The notes: generated by a model not told the origin, from the letters alone. Counted from the first letter of the stretch, positions 8,781-19,533 are shown. The stretch is 64,000 nucleotides of DNA from Mucilaginibacter sp. (GCF_028288205.1 NZ_JAQBOD010000055.1:36434-100433), one strand, 5' to 3'. Numbers and translations are program-made.

Positions 8781-9082
8781 GTACAATAGTATGCAATAAA
8801 CATTGTGTTTGTAAAGGCCTCATTTTCATAATTGTGTAAATATATTAACATTAATGATGCCAAACCACGTATAGTTAGTTGTTACCACTGTGATATTATT
8901 ATCATTTATATTATATATGATTGGTTGTATTTACAGTAGCATATACAATAGTTTTACTACTTTTTTGTCACATTAAGCAGTTTTGTGATTTTATTTAGTT
9001 AAAAGAAGTATTTTTTTAGACCGCATCTCCTTATTTAACCTATTATTTAGCTATTTTTACCCTTTAATATCAAATATCATCA

Positions 9083-9880
9083 ATGAAAAACCTAAATATC
9101 ATTAAAATTGGGGGAAATGTTATTGATAATTCAGAAAACCTGTATCATTTTTTAAAGGATTTTACAGCGTTGGATGGTTATAAGATATTGGTACACGGAG
9201 GTGGTAAGGTAGCTACACAATTAGCCGAAACATTAGGCATTGAAACCCAGCTGGTTGATGGCCGCAGAATAACTGATATTGAAACCCTGCGGGTAGTTAC
9301 CATGGTTTATGGGGGATTAATAAATAAGAATATTGTAGCGCAGTTGCAACGCTTTGGTACAAACGCCATTGGGCTTACAGGTGCCGATGGAAATTTTATC
9401 CGCACAAAAAAACGACCGGTAAAAACAATTGATTATGGATTTGTTGGCGATATAGATGAAAAATCAATTGATAGTAAAGGGTTAAGCAAATTAATGGAAG
9501 CAGGCTTCGCTCCTGCTTTTTGCGCACTAACACATGATGGCGAAGGACAACTCTTAAATACTAATGCAGATACAATAGCGTCGGCGTTAGCTGTTGCCTT
9601 ATCTGACTTATTTGAAACCACATTGATATACTGTTTCGAAAAGAAAGGTGTACTAATGGATATAAATGATGACGATTCTATAATAAGGGATATTAACCCC
9701 GCCCGTTATGAAGAATTAAAAAAACGGCAGATCATACATAGCGGTATGTTGCCCAAATTAGACAATGCATTTACGGCGATAGCATGCGGTGTTAAAGCCG
9801 TAGTTATTGGCCACAGTAATGATTTAGGAGAGCTAAAACAAAACAAAACATTTGGCACACGTTTAAGTAAAGATATATGA
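9083..9880 (+). CDS. argB: acetylglutamate kinase
   Basis: IIKIGG, VHGGG, GRRITD, NTNADTIA, GMLPKL. Confidence 0.96.
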   Translation: MKNLNIIKIGGNVIDNSENLYHFLKDFTALDGYKILVHGGGKVATQLAETLGIETQLVDGRRITDIETLRVVTMVYGGLINKNIVAQLQRFGTNAIGLTGADGNFIRTKKRPVKTIDYGFVGDIDEKSIDSKGLSKLMEAGFAPAFCALTHDGEGQLLNTNADTIASALAVALSDLFETTLIYCFEKKGVLMDINDDDSIIRDINPARYEELKKRQIIHSGMLPKLDNAFTAIACGVKAVVIGHSNDLGELKQNKTFGTRLSKDI

Positions 9881-10695
9881 ACATGCAACAACATATTGCC
9901 ATATTAGGCAGCGGTAATATTGGTTTATCGTTAGCAAAGGGATTGGTAAAAGCCGGTATTTTTAAACCCCAGCAAATTACCCTTACACGCAGAAATTTAG
10001 ATGCATTAGCTGATTATGCAGAACTGGGTTATCAAATCACAAATAACAATGCTAAGGCTGCAAAAAAGGCCGATATTGTAATATTGGCTGTATTACCTCA
10101 ACAGTTAAATAAATTACTGGATGAAATAAAACCTGGTATTAAATCAGAAAAACAGTTGCTTGTTTCTGTAATATCAGGTGTAAGTTGTGAAGAGATACGC
10201 CAACACCTTGAAGTGAACATACAGGTTGTGCGTGCTATGCCAAATACGGCTATAGCTATTGGCGATTCTATGACTTGTATTGCTACCGATAATGGGACCA
10301 ATAAGAATATCACACTGGTAAGGTCACTATTTGATACAGTAGGTGTAAGTATTATTATTAATGAAGAATTAATGACTGCCGCAACTGCATTGTGTGCCTG
10401 CGGTATAGCATTTTTCCTGCGTTCTATACGTGCCGCATCGCAAGGCGGAACTGAGATTGGTTTTCATGCCCATGATGCCCTTAAAATGGCCGCGCAAACC
10501 GCTAAAGGAGCGGCTAACCTGCTGCTGCAGTTAAATTCACACCCTGAACAGGAAATTGATAAAGTAACATCACCTAAGGGTTGTACCATAGCCGGATTAA
10601 ATGAAATGGAGCATAATGGCTTCAGTTCTGCTATGATAAAAGGTATAAAATTATCTGCTGAAAAAGCAGGTGATCTGTATAAGAGTGAAAGCTAA
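9877..10695 (+). CDS. proC: pyrroline-5-carboxylate reductase
   Basis: ILGSGNIG, VRAMPNT, VTSPKGCTIAGL; ATGA overlap with argB. Confidence 0.96.
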   Translation: MNMQQHIAILGSGNIGLSLAKGLVKAGIFKPQQITLTRRNLDALADYAELGYQITNNNAKAAKKADIVILAVLPQQLNKLLDEIKPGIKSEKQLLVSVISGVSCEEIRQHLEVNIQVVRAMPNTAIAIGDSMTCIATDNGTNKNITLVRSLFDTVGVSIIINEELMTAATALCACGIAFFLRSIRAASQGGTEIGFHAHDALKMAAQTAKGAANLLLQLNSHPEQEIDKVTSPKGCTIAGLNEMEHNGFSSAMIKGIKLSAEKAGDLYKSES

Positions 10696-10704
10696 TCTTT
10701 AGAA

Positions 10705-10785
10705 AACCTTACGAAGTTTTTAAACGGCGAAGCCCTCAATGAGGCCTTTAAAAACAAACACTACCGAATTAAACTTCGTAAGGTT
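10705..10785. repeat. 15-bp perfect inverted repeat between convergent genes
   Basis: AACCTTACGAAGTTT ... AAACTTCGTAAGGTT with 51-nt spacer. Confidence 0.8.
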
Positions 10786-10791
10786 AATATA

Positions 10792-11253
10792 TTATTGAGC
10801 CGGCGGCACATCATTTGGCGGCATCAACTTGTAAGCAGATCTTGCCAATAGTAACCATTTCCCGTTTACTTTTTTCCATACCTGCATTACACCTAAGGCT
10901 GTTTTTGCAGCATCTTTTCCAACATTTTTAATATCGCCATAAAGCCGGTGTGTTACAGTTGCAGTATTGCCGCTAACATGTATCTCCTGTTTGGTAATTA
11001 TAATTTTGGTAAAGGTCCATGTTTTAGTAGCTAATGAATCAACGAAACCAGACCTGGTTTGTATAACATCCATAGAATGTGCATAATGGAGGTCGGGCAG
11101 GGTAAGGCTGTTAAGCGCAGCCCTGTCGCCCGCAATCATGGCTTTGCGCAGCGCCTCAATTTGTTTTGCTACGGCTTTCTGATCAGCGCTTTGCGCAAAA
11201 GCTGTTACAGTAAATAACGAAAGAATCAATAATAATCCTGTTAACTTTTTCAT
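10792..11253 (-). CDS. secreted NTF2-like (DUF4440-type) protein
   Basis: signal peptide; DLHYAHS, GNTATV, QVWKK.NGKW.LLAR. Confidence 0.8.
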   Translation of the reverse strand: MKKLTGLLLILSLFTVTAFAQSADQKAVAKQIEALRKAMIAGDRAALNSLTLPDLHYAHSMDVIQTRSGFVDSLATKTWTFTKIIITKQEIHVSGNTATVTHRLYGDIKNVGKDAAKTALGVMQVWKKVNGKWLLLARSAYKLMPPNDVPPAQ

Positions 11254-11353
11254 GTGGTTTATTGGGTTTATAATAATAAACGAAAGTAATTCGATGCAGG
11301 CAGATATACAAGTTAATGAAGTATTTTCATTACTATCCCATCAAATAAGTTAC

Positions 11354-12043
11354 TTACTCCAGGTAATAATGCCGTATCCTGTTTAACCCTTCGTCCAGCT
11401 CATATACACATGGTACAGCTGTTGGTATTTCAAGGGCGGTAACATCTTTATCAGAAAGATTATCTATATATTTAATTAATGCCCGTAAACTATTGCCATG
11501 CGCACAAATAATTACCTTTTCATTTTTACGAATTGCGGGTATGATGGTCTCATTCCAAAAGGGTAATACCCTATCCATCGTTTGGCTTAAATTTTCTGTT
11601 AGTGGTAATTCGCGTTCGGTAAGGTCCTCATATCGTATATCATGGCCCGGGTAACGCTTATCTTCTTTGGTAATAGATGGTGGAGCTTCATTCGGATCCC
11701 TGCGCCATTTTTGTACCTGTTCTATGCCATACTTTCCCACTGCTTCATCTTTATTTATTCCTTGTAAAGCACCATAAAAACGCTCATTAAGCCGCCATGA
11801 TTTTTCAACAGGTATCCATAAATGATCAAGTTCTTCTAATACTATATGCAGGGTTTTTATAGATCGCTTTAGCAATGAAGTAAATCCAATATCAAAATTA
11901 TAATCATACTTTTTTAATAACTGCCCTGCCCTTTTAGCTTGCTGATAGCCCTCATCCGAAAGATCAACATCTGTCCATCCCGTAAACCTGTTTTCCCGGT
12001 TCCAAACACTTTCACCGTGGCGTATTAATACTAATTTTTGCAT
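11354..12043 (-). CDS. gpmA: 2,3-BPG-dependent phosphoglycerate mutase
   Basis: [30 protein letters not shown]. Confidence 0.97.
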   Translation of the reverse strand: MQKLVLIRHGESVWNRENRFTGWTDVDLSDEGYQQAKRAGQLLKKYDYNFDIGFTSLLKRSIKTLHIVLEELDHLWIPVEKSWRLNERFYGALQGINKDEAVGKYGIEQVQKWRRDPNEAPPSITKEDKRYPGHDIRYEDLTERELPLTENLSQTMDRVLPFWNETIIPAIRKNEKVIICAHGNSLRALIKYIDNLSDKDVTALEIPTAVPCVYELDEGLNRIRHYYLE

Positions 12044-12144
12044 GGTTGTGGCTTAAATATAAAGTTATTAATCTGCTTTTAATATTTGCAAATGATTATA
12101 AATCATTTAAATTGCATCATAAACCATTAAAACCAAATCATTTT

Positions 12145-12729
12145 ATGACAACAATTGCTCCTGTTAAGGATGGCATAGCCAATCCTGCACCACTTGGCTT
12201 ATGCGCTTTTGGTATAACAACCGTTCTGTTAAATATTCACAATGCCGGATTTTTCGAAATAAATTCCATGATACTGGCAATGGGCATTTTTTATGGCGGC
12301 CTGGCACAAGTGATTGCTGGTATTATTGAAGCTAAAAAAAATAACACTTTTGGTTTAACAGCTTTTACATCCTATGGGTTTTTCTGGCTATCGCTTGTAG
12401 GATTAATTGTATTACCAAAGTTAGGATGGGTTGCGGCTCCGGCGGGTTCTGCCATGGTTGCTTACCTGGCAATGTGGGGTTTGTTTACCTTTTGTCTATT
12501 TTTTGGTACACTAAAATTAAATCGCGCATTACAATTTGTTTTTGGTTCACTTACCATTTTATTTGCATTACTGGCTATTGGCGATGCCACTGAAAATAAA
12601 AACATTACACATTTAGCCGGATATGAAGGTATAATTTGCGGCGCATCGGCAATTTATACAGGTATTGCCCAGGTACTAAATGAAGTTTATGGAAAAACGG
12701 TGTTGCCAATTGGCCCGGTAAATAGCTAA
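12145..12729 (+). CDS. satP: acetate uptake transporter, GPR1/FUN34/YaaH family
   Basis: [30 protein letters not shown]; start moved to ATG 12145. Confidence 0.9.
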   Translation: MTTIAPVKDGIANPAPLGLCAFGITTVLLNIHNAGFFEINSMILAMGIFYGGLAQVIAGIIEAKKNNTFGLTAFTSYGFFWLSLVGLIVLPKLGWVAAPAGSAMVAYLAMWGLFTFCLFFGTLKLNRALQFVFGSLTILFALLAIGDATENKNITHLAGYEGIICGASAIYTGIAQVLNEVYGKTVLPIGPVNS

Positions 12730-12738
12730 ATTGCGCAA

Positions 12739-13119
12739 GTGAAAGATTTTAAAAAATATTATATAATTCCGGCTACTCCGGATGAAGTTTATATGGCGCT
12801 TACCAATCCGCTTACTATTGAGTTATGGACGGGTGACACTGCAGAAATGTCGACGGAACCCGGCTCTGAGTTTTCTATGTGGGATGGGAGTATTATTGGC
12901 AAGAACCTTGAGTTTGATCCCGGTAAAAAAATAGTTCAGCAATGGTATTTTGATGGACAGACAGAAGAATCTATTGTAACCATCAAACTGCATCCTGATA
13001 AAGGAGGCACATCGGCAGAATTAAGACATACTAATATTCCCGATTCTGGATATGATGATTTTGTTGATGGCTGGAACAATAGCTACTTTGGCGCTTTAAT
13101 AGATTTTTATGAAGGGTAA
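12739..13119 (+). CDS. SRPBCC/AHSA1-like domain protein
   Basis: ATPDEVYMALTNP, GKKIVQQW, ELRHTNIP, GW..YF. Confidence 0.85.
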   Translation: MKDFKKYYIIPATPDEVYMALTNPLTIELWTGDTAEMSTEPGSEFSMWDGSIIGKNLEFDPGKKIVQQWYFDGQTEESIVTIKLHPDKGGTSAELRHTNIPDSGYDDFVDGWNNSYFGALIDFYEG

Positions 13120-13130
13120 TTAAAATCATT

Positions 13131-13170
13131 AATAGAAAAAGCCGCTCAAAATTGAGCGGCTTTTTCTATT
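13131..13170. terminator. bidirectional intrinsic terminator
   Basis: AATAGAAAAAGCCGCTCAA-AA-TTGAGCGGCTTTTTCTATT between convergent genes. Confidence 0.92.
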
Positions 13171-13206
13171 GTATAAAGACACGAAATTGCACTTATGTAT
13201 TAGATA

Positions 13207-14589
13207 TTAGAATAATGTAAACTCTACACGACGGTTCATTTGACGACCTTTTGCAGTTTTGTTAGTTGCAATTGGTTGTGTTTCTCCATAACCTGTAGCT
13301 TCTATGCTTGACGGATTAGCGCCTTTACTTACTAAAAAAGCTTTAACAGATTCCGCGCGATTTTTAGACAACCTTAAGTTAAAATCGTTCGAACCTACAT
13401 TATCTGTATGTCCGGCCAATTTTAGGCTAAAGTTCTTGTCAATTAATAATTGAGCAACCCTACTTAAGCTTGGGAATGAATGCGCACGTATAGTAGATTT
13501 ACCGAAATCAAATTCAAGATTTCTGATAGCTTCTTTAACAATTTTCTTATCCTCTTCTGTTATATAAACTTTGACATCAGCTGGTTTTGCAGCTGCTACA
13601 GGTAACGGACAACCAGAGCCATCAACTTTAACACCTGCAGGCGTACCCGGGCATTTGTCAAAGAAATCTGGAACGCCATCACCATCGCTATCGGTAGTAA
13701 ATTTGGCCAAAGTTGCATTCATTGCATCCATATCTGCTCTTAATTTATCATTTGCAGCTTTTTGTGCATTAATTAATGCTTGCAGCCTTTGCTCCTCTGT
13801 CAAATACTCGTGACGTATTGAGGCGATGGGATTAGCCCATTGTATACTTGGTTTTGATTTTGCACCTAATGTAAATTCTAAACCTGCATAACCATAAGAG
13901 TAATGACTCGTAACAGGGTATTGATTAGCACCATTGAAGCTACTTCCATCAATAAAGTTTTCGTTATATCCCAGGTTTAAATTTACCGCATCAGTTAACC
14001 TGAATTTTACACCTACTCCAACAGGTAGAACAATGTTTGATGAGTTAAATGAAGCTGATTCAGTGGTTGGGATACCCGGGGTAGTTGCGCCATAAACAGT
14101 CGGCGTATAATAAACAACACCCAAACCGGCGCTCAGATAAAACCCAATAGCGTTTTTACGGCGCAAATAATCAACCGTAGCAAAGTTTAATACACCGCTT
14201 AGGGTTACTTGATTATATTTAGTACTGAAACTGGTGTAACGCTCTCCATATATATTAGTAACATAGGGCTGTTTTGAAGATACTCCCCCCTTTACCTTTC
14301 CACCATTATAATCAAGTTGCAGGCCGAATGAATGTACCAGTTGATCCCTTATTGACAGGCCATAGCCTAATGTAGGGTCCCAGTGATTAAAACCATTATG
14401 TCCGCCTGTAGCAAGCAAAAGTGATGGAGCACCAATGTTAGCACCTATTGACCAGGTGCGGTATGAGCCAATGCCTGAAAATGGCTTTACATACTCTCTA
14501 CTACTTACAGAGTCGGTTTGGGCAAATACACTGCCGCCTAACAGAACTCCTGTTAATAAGAGGGCGGCTTTTTTTAAATTTTTTTTCAT
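13207..14589 (-). CDS. OmpA-family outer membrane protein (beta-barrel, TSP3-like repeat, OmpA C-terminal domain)
   Basis: signal peptide; DSDGDGVPDFFDKCPGTP; GHTD.VGS..N.RLS..RA; NRRVE. Confidence 0.92.
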   Translation of the reverse strand: MKKNLKKAALLLTGVLLGGSVFAQTDSVSSREYVKPFSGIGSYRTWSIGANIGAPSLLLATGGHNGFNHWDPTLGYGLSIRDQLVHSFGLQLDYNGGKVKGGVSSKQPYVTNIYGERYTSFSTKYNQVTLSGVLNFATVDYLRRKNAIGFYLSAGLGVVYYTPTVYGATTPGIPTTESASFNSSNIVLPVGVGVKFRLTDAVNLNLGYNENFIDGSSFNGANQYPVTSHYSYGYAGLEFTLGAKSKPSIQWANPIASIRHEYLTEEQRLQALINAQKAANDKLRADMDAMNATLAKFTTDSDGDGVPDFFDKCPGTPAGVKVDGSGCPLPVAAAKPADVKVYITEEDKKIVKEAIRNLEFDFGKSTIRAHSFPSLSRVAQLLIDKNFSLKLAGHTDNVGSNDFNLRLSKNRAESVKAFLVSKGANPSSIEATGYGETQPIATNKTAKGRQMNRRVEFTLF

Positions 14590-14643
14590 GATTGTTGTTT
14601 TAGTTGATCTGCCTTAAATAAGACAGATGTTAACTGGCTTTAG

Positions 14644-14658
14644 GCAACATTAGTGCCA
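14644..14658 (-). promoter_or_regulatory. sigma54-type -24/-12 promoter of OmpA-family gene
   Basis: minus strand TGGCAC-TAATG-TTGC, exact consensus, 54 nt upstream of ATG. Confidence 0.65.
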
Positions 14659-14886
14659 TACACAAAAACGCAATTCAACTTACTTAAATTAATAAATACA
14701 CTGAACTTAAAAACAATAAGTTATATATTGAAAATGGAGTATAAAATAATTATCAAATGATATAAATCACTTGATAATATTTTAAATGAATAACAAATGA
14801 CCTGTTTGAGGGATTAAAGGTTATGAGTTTAAAACTATACAGTTTTGTAATGATATGGGGATAGTTTTAAAAAGTACAGGTTTTAA

Positions 14887-16074
14887 TTAACCTGCGCTTT
14901 TTTCTAATGCCTGGATAATATCTGCAATAATATCCTCTGCTTTTTCTAAACCGGCAGAAATACGAATTAGCCCGGGTGTAATACCAACGCTTAATCTTTC
15001 TGCATCGGTTAACCTGGAGTGCGTGGTACTTGCCGGGTGTGATGCAATGCTGCGTGTATCGCCAAGATTAGCTGTCACCGAAAGCATTTCTAAAGCGTCT
15101 AAAAATTTACGGCCCGCTTCCAGTCCGCCTTTTATTTCCATGCAAAACACACCGCCGCCTAATTTCATTTGTTTTTTAGCTATAGCGTATTGCGGATGCC
15201 CTTCCAGGAAAGGATATTTTACCCACGAAACGTTAGGATGCTTTTGCAAGGTTTCGGCAACCTTAAGCGCATTTTCACAATGGCGTTGCATACGTACATC
15301 AAGCGTTTCTAAGCTTTTGCTTAATACCCAGGCATTAAAAGGTGACATAGCCGGGCCGGTGTTACGGCAAAACAGGTAAATTTCTTTTATCAGATCTTTG
15401 CGCCCAACAATTATACCACCAAGCACCCTACCCTGTCCGTCTATCCATTTGGTTGCAGAATGTATTACCAGGTCCGCGCCGTATTCAATGGGTTTTTGCA
15501 GTAATGGTGTTGCAAAACAATTATCTACACTTAATATAAGGTTATGCTTTTTGGCAAATTTATTTGACCACTCCAAATCCAATACCTCTAATTGCGGGTT
15601 GGTTGGGGTTTCCAGGTAAATCATTTTTGTATTTGGCTGTACAGCTGCTTCCCATGCCGCTTCGTCGCCGGCAGGCACTAACGTGCAGGTAATACCATAA
15701 CGGGGCAGGTATTTGGTAACCAGGGTATAAGTGCTCCCAAAAACAGAGCTGCAGCTTATTATATGATCGCCTTGCTTAAGCAGCGCAAAGAACGCACCGA
15801 ATATGGCACTCATTCCGGTAGATGTTGCAAAACCATCTTCTGCGCCTTCAAGGGCACACATCTTATCTATAAACTCGTCTACATTAGGATTGCTGAAACG
15901 ACTGTATATATTATCATCAGTTTCATCAGCAAATGCGGCGCGCATAGCTTCCGCTTCTTCAAATATAAAGCTGCTGGTTAAATATAAGGGTGTAGAATGT
16001 TCGCGCTGCTGCGTTCTTTCTGTTTGAATGCGTATAGCCTGGCTTATCGGATCTAATTTAGATGTAGATGACAT
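14887..16074 (-). CDS. metZ: O-succinylhomoserine sulfhydrylase-like trans-sulfuration enzyme
   Basis: YSRFSNPN, ETPTNP, VDNCFATP, HSATKWIDG, NLGD; start moved to ATG 16074. Confidence 0.8.
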   Translation of the reverse strand: MSSTSKLDPISQAIRIQTERTQQREHSTPLYLTSSFIFEEAEAMRAAFADETDDNIYSRFSNPNVDEFIDKMCALEGAEDGFATSTGMSAIFGAFFALLKQGDHIISCSSVFGSTYTLVTKYLPRYGITCTLVPAGDEAAWEAAVQPNTKMIYLETPTNPQLEVLDLEWSNKFAKKHNLILSVDNCFATPLLQKPIEYGADLVIHSATKWIDGQGRVLGGIIVGRKDLIKEIYLFCRNTGPAMSPFNAWVLSKSLETLDVRMQRHCENALKVAETLQKHPNVSWVKYPFLEGHPQYAIAKKQMKLGGGVFCMEIKGGLEAGRKFLDALEMLSVTANLGDTRSIASHPASTTHSRLTDAERLSVGITPGLIRISAGLEKAEDIIADIIQALEKSAG

Positions 16075-16094
16075 GATGTAAGATAGTTTTATAA

Positions 16095-16523
16095 TTATGC
16101 AGCAGGATGTACAAACACCTGCCATTTAATTTCGGCGCCTGCTTTATTTAAAGTGGCACCTACTGAACAATATTTATTAACTGATAATTCTGCTGCTTTT
16201 TTGGCTTTGTCAAGATCAATGTCGCCATATAAGTGAAATACGATATTAATTTCTTTCCATAAAGAAGGTTCTTTGCCTGCCTCGCGTTCGCCGTTGATCA
16301 CCATCTTATAATCCTTAACTTCCTGACGCTGTTTCTTTAATATAGCGATTACATCAATTGCAGAGCATCCGCCCAGGCCCATAAGCAGCATTTGCATTGG
16401 ACGCACGCCATAGTTTTGGCCCCCGCTTTCGGGGCTGCTATCCATATTAACGGTATGTCCGTTTTCATCGGTGGCGGCAAAGCCAAAATCGCCATGCACG
16501 CGCGAAAGTTGTATTGTAGGCAT
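16095..16523 (-). CDS. OsmC/YhfA-family protein
   Basis: GVRPMQMLLMGLGGCSAIDV, SVNKYCSV. Confidence 0.9.
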   Translation of the reverse strand: MPTIQLSRVHGDFGFAATDENGHTVNMDSSPESGGQNYGVRPMQMLLMGLGGCSAIDVIAILKKQRQEVKDYKMVINGEREAGKEPSLWKEINIVFHLYGDIDLDKAKKAAELSVNKYCSVGATLNKAGAEIKWQVFVHPAA

Positions 16524-16627
16524 ATATTATTGTAACAAGTGCGCTAAGTTATAACTTTTGAGGGAGTAAATTTTGCTCTAAAATAACATTTCTGTAATTT
16601 TAAGAACATCTTATTGTAAAACCTGTC

Positions 16628-17104
16628 ATGAAAAACTTAGTATTAGCAGTGCTGCTTACCTGCTCAACCTGTGTATGTTTTGGTCAAAAAAGTTTAATCT
16701 CCTATGAAGATCTCAAATACATATTGCATAACAACCTACAAAGGGCCGATACCTTTTTGATGGCTAAGGGTTATACCCTCACACTAAAAAATACCAAAAC
16801 AAATAACAGGATATATACTCTGTCCATAAAGGGCGGCAGCCATGTAAATGTAAGCCTACGGGCGGATGGCAAGCGTTTGTTTATGGAACTGGAAACAAAC
16901 GCAATGGAGCAGTATGACTTGCTAAACAATTCTATATCACAGTATATCCACACAAAGGGGGCAATAGGTGATATACAAACATATGTTATAAAAAATCTTT
17001 GTGAGATCTATATAACTACCAATGATACTATGCCTTACGATCCGTTAAAGAAGGATTACGTTGTGCAGATAATATCTGATAAAAACATTACGGCTTATGA
17101 TTAA
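16628..17104 (+). CDS. hypothetical secreted protein
   Basis: signal peptide, 158-aa ORF filling the gap. Confidence 0.7.
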   Translation: MKNLVLAVLLTCSTCVCFGQKSLISYEDLKYILHNNLQRADTFLMAKGYTLTLKNTKTNNRIYTLSIKGGSHVNVSLRADGKRLFMELETNAMEQYDLLNNSISQYIHTKGAIGDIQTYVIKNLCEIYITTNDTMPYDPLKKDYVVQIISDKNITAYD

Positions 17105-17520
17105 TATATCCGGTCTTTAACGGGTATAACTAATTTTAATCCCGACCATATTTCATCAACAGCACACACCTTTATATCAACCAATCCAATACTGATGGCG
17201 TAATTCCTGATATAGTCCTCTGTAATATCTGTTACCATTTTTGAGGCTTTTTTGGGCCACGATACCCAGATTATCCCATCCGGCTTAATTTGTGCTTTTA
17301 ATTGTGGAAGCAGGTAAACAAGTTCAGGCTCTTGTTTTGTAAAAAAATGAATAAGATCTTTTTTTACATCTTCATTCTTTGTAATCTTTATATCAATAGG
17401 AAGCTCGGTAAATAATTGGAAGTAATTTGGCGGCTCATTTATCAAACTTAGAGTATAACCAGCTTTAATACCCAATTTCTTAGCTAAGGGGGTCCCGGAG
17501 TAACCTGCAGATTGAGACAT
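17101..17520 (-). CDS. DUF3052-like protein
   Basis: AGYSGTPLAKKLGIK, WVSWPKK, GLVDIKVCAVDEIWSGLK. Confidence 0.85.
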   Translation of the reverse strand: MSQSAGYSGTPLAKKLGIKAGYTLSLINEPPNYFQLFTELPIDIKITKNEDVKKDLIHFFTKQEPELVYLLPQLKAQIKPDGIIWVSWPKKASKMVTDITEDYIRNYAISIGLVDIKVCAVDEIWSGLKLVIPVKDRIY

Positions 17521-17533
17521 ATCACTTGTTCAT

Positions 17534-17971
17534 TTAACTTAATACTTGTTTTAAATGGTGCCTTAAATGATCAACATAATCCTGCGCAAGCCACTCCACC
17601 GTATGTAGTTGAACTTCATTTTTATCATTATCACATTTGGCATTTAACCTATCAACCGGATAGTTTTTTAATACCCTGATAATTTGTTGATTAAGCAATT
17701 TCCACAGCGTTATTATATCATGTGTATCAACATCCTGATAGTGCTGCACCTTAACCCACTCTACCTGTTCATATATCAGCTTAAAATTTTCTTCGTAAGT
17801 ACAACGTACAAAACGTTGCAGGTTAATTTGTGCACTGTCAATTAAATGCCCAATAATCTCTTTTTTCGACCATTTATCAATTGTGGGTTTATAATTCCAA
17901 TTTATAGTTTGCCTGTCTACTTTTAGCACCTCATCAATTGTGTCACTTAATTTCAGAATAGTATCTTTCAC
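17534..17971 (-). CDS. DinB-family protein
   Basis: KWSKKEIIGHLIDSA..N, DYVDHLRHHL; probable GTG start at 17971. Confidence 0.85.
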   Translation of the reverse strand: MKDTILKLSDTIDEVLKVDRQTINWNYKPTIDKWSKKEIIGHLIDSAQINLQRFVRCTYEENFKLIYEQVEWVKVQHYQDVDTHDIITLWKLLNQQIIRVLKNYPVDRLNAKCDNDKNEVQLHTVEWLAQDYVDHLRHHLKQVLS

Positions 17972-18078
17972 TTTAATATTATTTATTTGAAGATAATTAA
18001 AATCATGAACATATTGTTCATCTGTAAAAATCAAAATCATTTGTATATTTTCACATCTGCATATTTGCAAATCAAACT

Positions 18079-19317
18079 ATGGCTTTAAATTATATCTGGA
18101 TATTATTTTTTGTAATTGCCTTTGTTATCGGCCTTATTAAGTTAATATTTTTTGGTGATACAGAAATTTTCAGGCTAATGGTAGAAGGCACGTTCGATTC
18201 TACCAAAGCATCTGTAATGGATATAGCATTGCCGTTGGTAGGCATCATGGCGTTTTACCTGGGCATGTTAAAAATTGCCGAAAAAGCCGGTGCAATAAAT
18301 TTCCTTTCGCGCCTGGTAGGTCCGTTTTTTAACCGCTTGTTTCCCGAAGTACCAAAAGATCACCCCGCTGTTGGGCAAATGATGATGAATTATGCAGCCA
18401 ATTTATTAGGTCTTGATAACGCTGCCACCCCTTTTGGCTTGAAAGCCATGAACGGCCTGCAAGAACTAAATAAGGATAAAGACACCGCGTCAAATGCGCA
18501 GATCATGTTTTTGGTGTTACATGCATCGGGGTTAACGCTTTTACCCATAGCTATTATAGCGCAGCGGGCCATCTATCATTCTAAAGACCCTACCGATATT
18601 TTTATCCCTTGCATTATAGCAACTTATGTTGCAACACTTGCCGGTTTAATAGTGGTAAGTATTAAACAAAAAATAAACCTGTTTGATAGGGTTATATTAA
18701 CCTGGCTGGGTGGTATAACCGCTTTTATAGGATTTGTAATTTGGTATTTCACGGTCTGGTTAACAAAAGCCCAGATAAGCGAAGTTTCAAAAGTATTTAG
18801 CAATTTAACTTTATTTGGTTTGCCTGTATTGTTTATTTTAGGCGGCGTAAGGAAGAAAATAAATGTATTTGAAACTTTTATTGAAGGTGCAAAAGAAAGC
18901 TTTGACATAGCTATAAAAATAATACCCTACCTGGTAGCTTTATTGGCAGCTGTAAGCATATTCAGAATTAGCGGAGCAGTTACCTATTTGGGCGATGGCT
19001 TTAAATGGGTATTTGGCCACTTTAACATAGATACCCGCTTTACTGATGTTTTGCCTATTGCTTTTTTGCGCCCGTTAAGCGGATCTGGGGCGCGTGCTAT
19101 GATGCTTGATAACCTAAAAACATTTGGTGCAGATAGCTTTACCGGGCATTTATCCAGTGTTTTATATGGTACTGCGGATACTACGTTTTACATTGTGGCA
19201 CTATACTTTGGTGCCGTTGGTATTAAAAAAACACGCTATGCCATACCTGCCATGTTGATAGCCGATTTTTTTGGAATAGTTACCGCTATTTTAATCTCTT
19301 ATCTTTTCTTTGGATAG
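18079..19317 (+). CDS. SpmA/SpmB fused nucleoside-recognition-domain membrane protein
   Basis: ANLLGLDNAATPFGLKAM, RPLSGSGA, DTTFY..ALYFG. Confidence 0.9.
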   Translation: MALNYIWILFFVIAFVIGLIKLIFFGDTEIFRLMVEGTFDSTKASVMDIALPLVGIMAFYLGMLKIAEKAGAINFLSRLVGPFFNRLFPEVPKDHPAVGQMMMNYAANLLGLDNAATPFGLKAMNGLQELNKDKDTASNAQIMFLVLHASGLTLLPIAIIAQRAIYHSKDPTDIFIPCIIATYVATLAGLIVVSIKQKINLFDRVILTWLGGITAFIGFVIWYFTVWLTKAQISEVSKVFSNLTLFGLPVLFILGGVRKKINVFETFIEGAKESFDIAIKIIPYLVALLAAVSIFRISGAVTYLGDGFKWVFGHFNIDTRFTDVLPIAFLRPLSGSGARAMMLDNLKTFGADSFTGHLSSVLYGTADTTFYIVALYFGAVGIKKTRYAIPAMLIADFFGIVTAILISYLFFG

Positions 19318-19330
19318 TTCTTTTTTATAT

Positions 19331-19365
19331 AAAAAAAGCAGGCTGGAATCACTTCCGGCCTGCTT
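19331..19365 (-). terminator. intrinsic terminator
   Basis: AAGCAGGCCGGAA-GTGA-TTCCAGCCTGC followed by T7 on minus strand. Confidence 0.85.
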
Positions 19366-19455
19366 AATCACTCTAAAACAATCACCTCTTAACTTTAGAA
19401 GTATCTTTGATAATTGATATGTATATAATATTAATTATTGACTTGGTAAATACTT
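19331..19455 (-). ncRNA. candidate small RNA downstream of tetR
   Basis: TACCTTTG -7 box (19460-19467), no ORF, three GTGATT copies, intrinsic terminator; 5' end estimated. Confidence 0.4.
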
Positions 19456-19533
19456 TAGTCAAAGGTATTAATAAGTTATTTGCAAAAATTAAATAGTGTA
19501 ATTTTTTACTGCTGGGTGACAGTAACTTATTAG

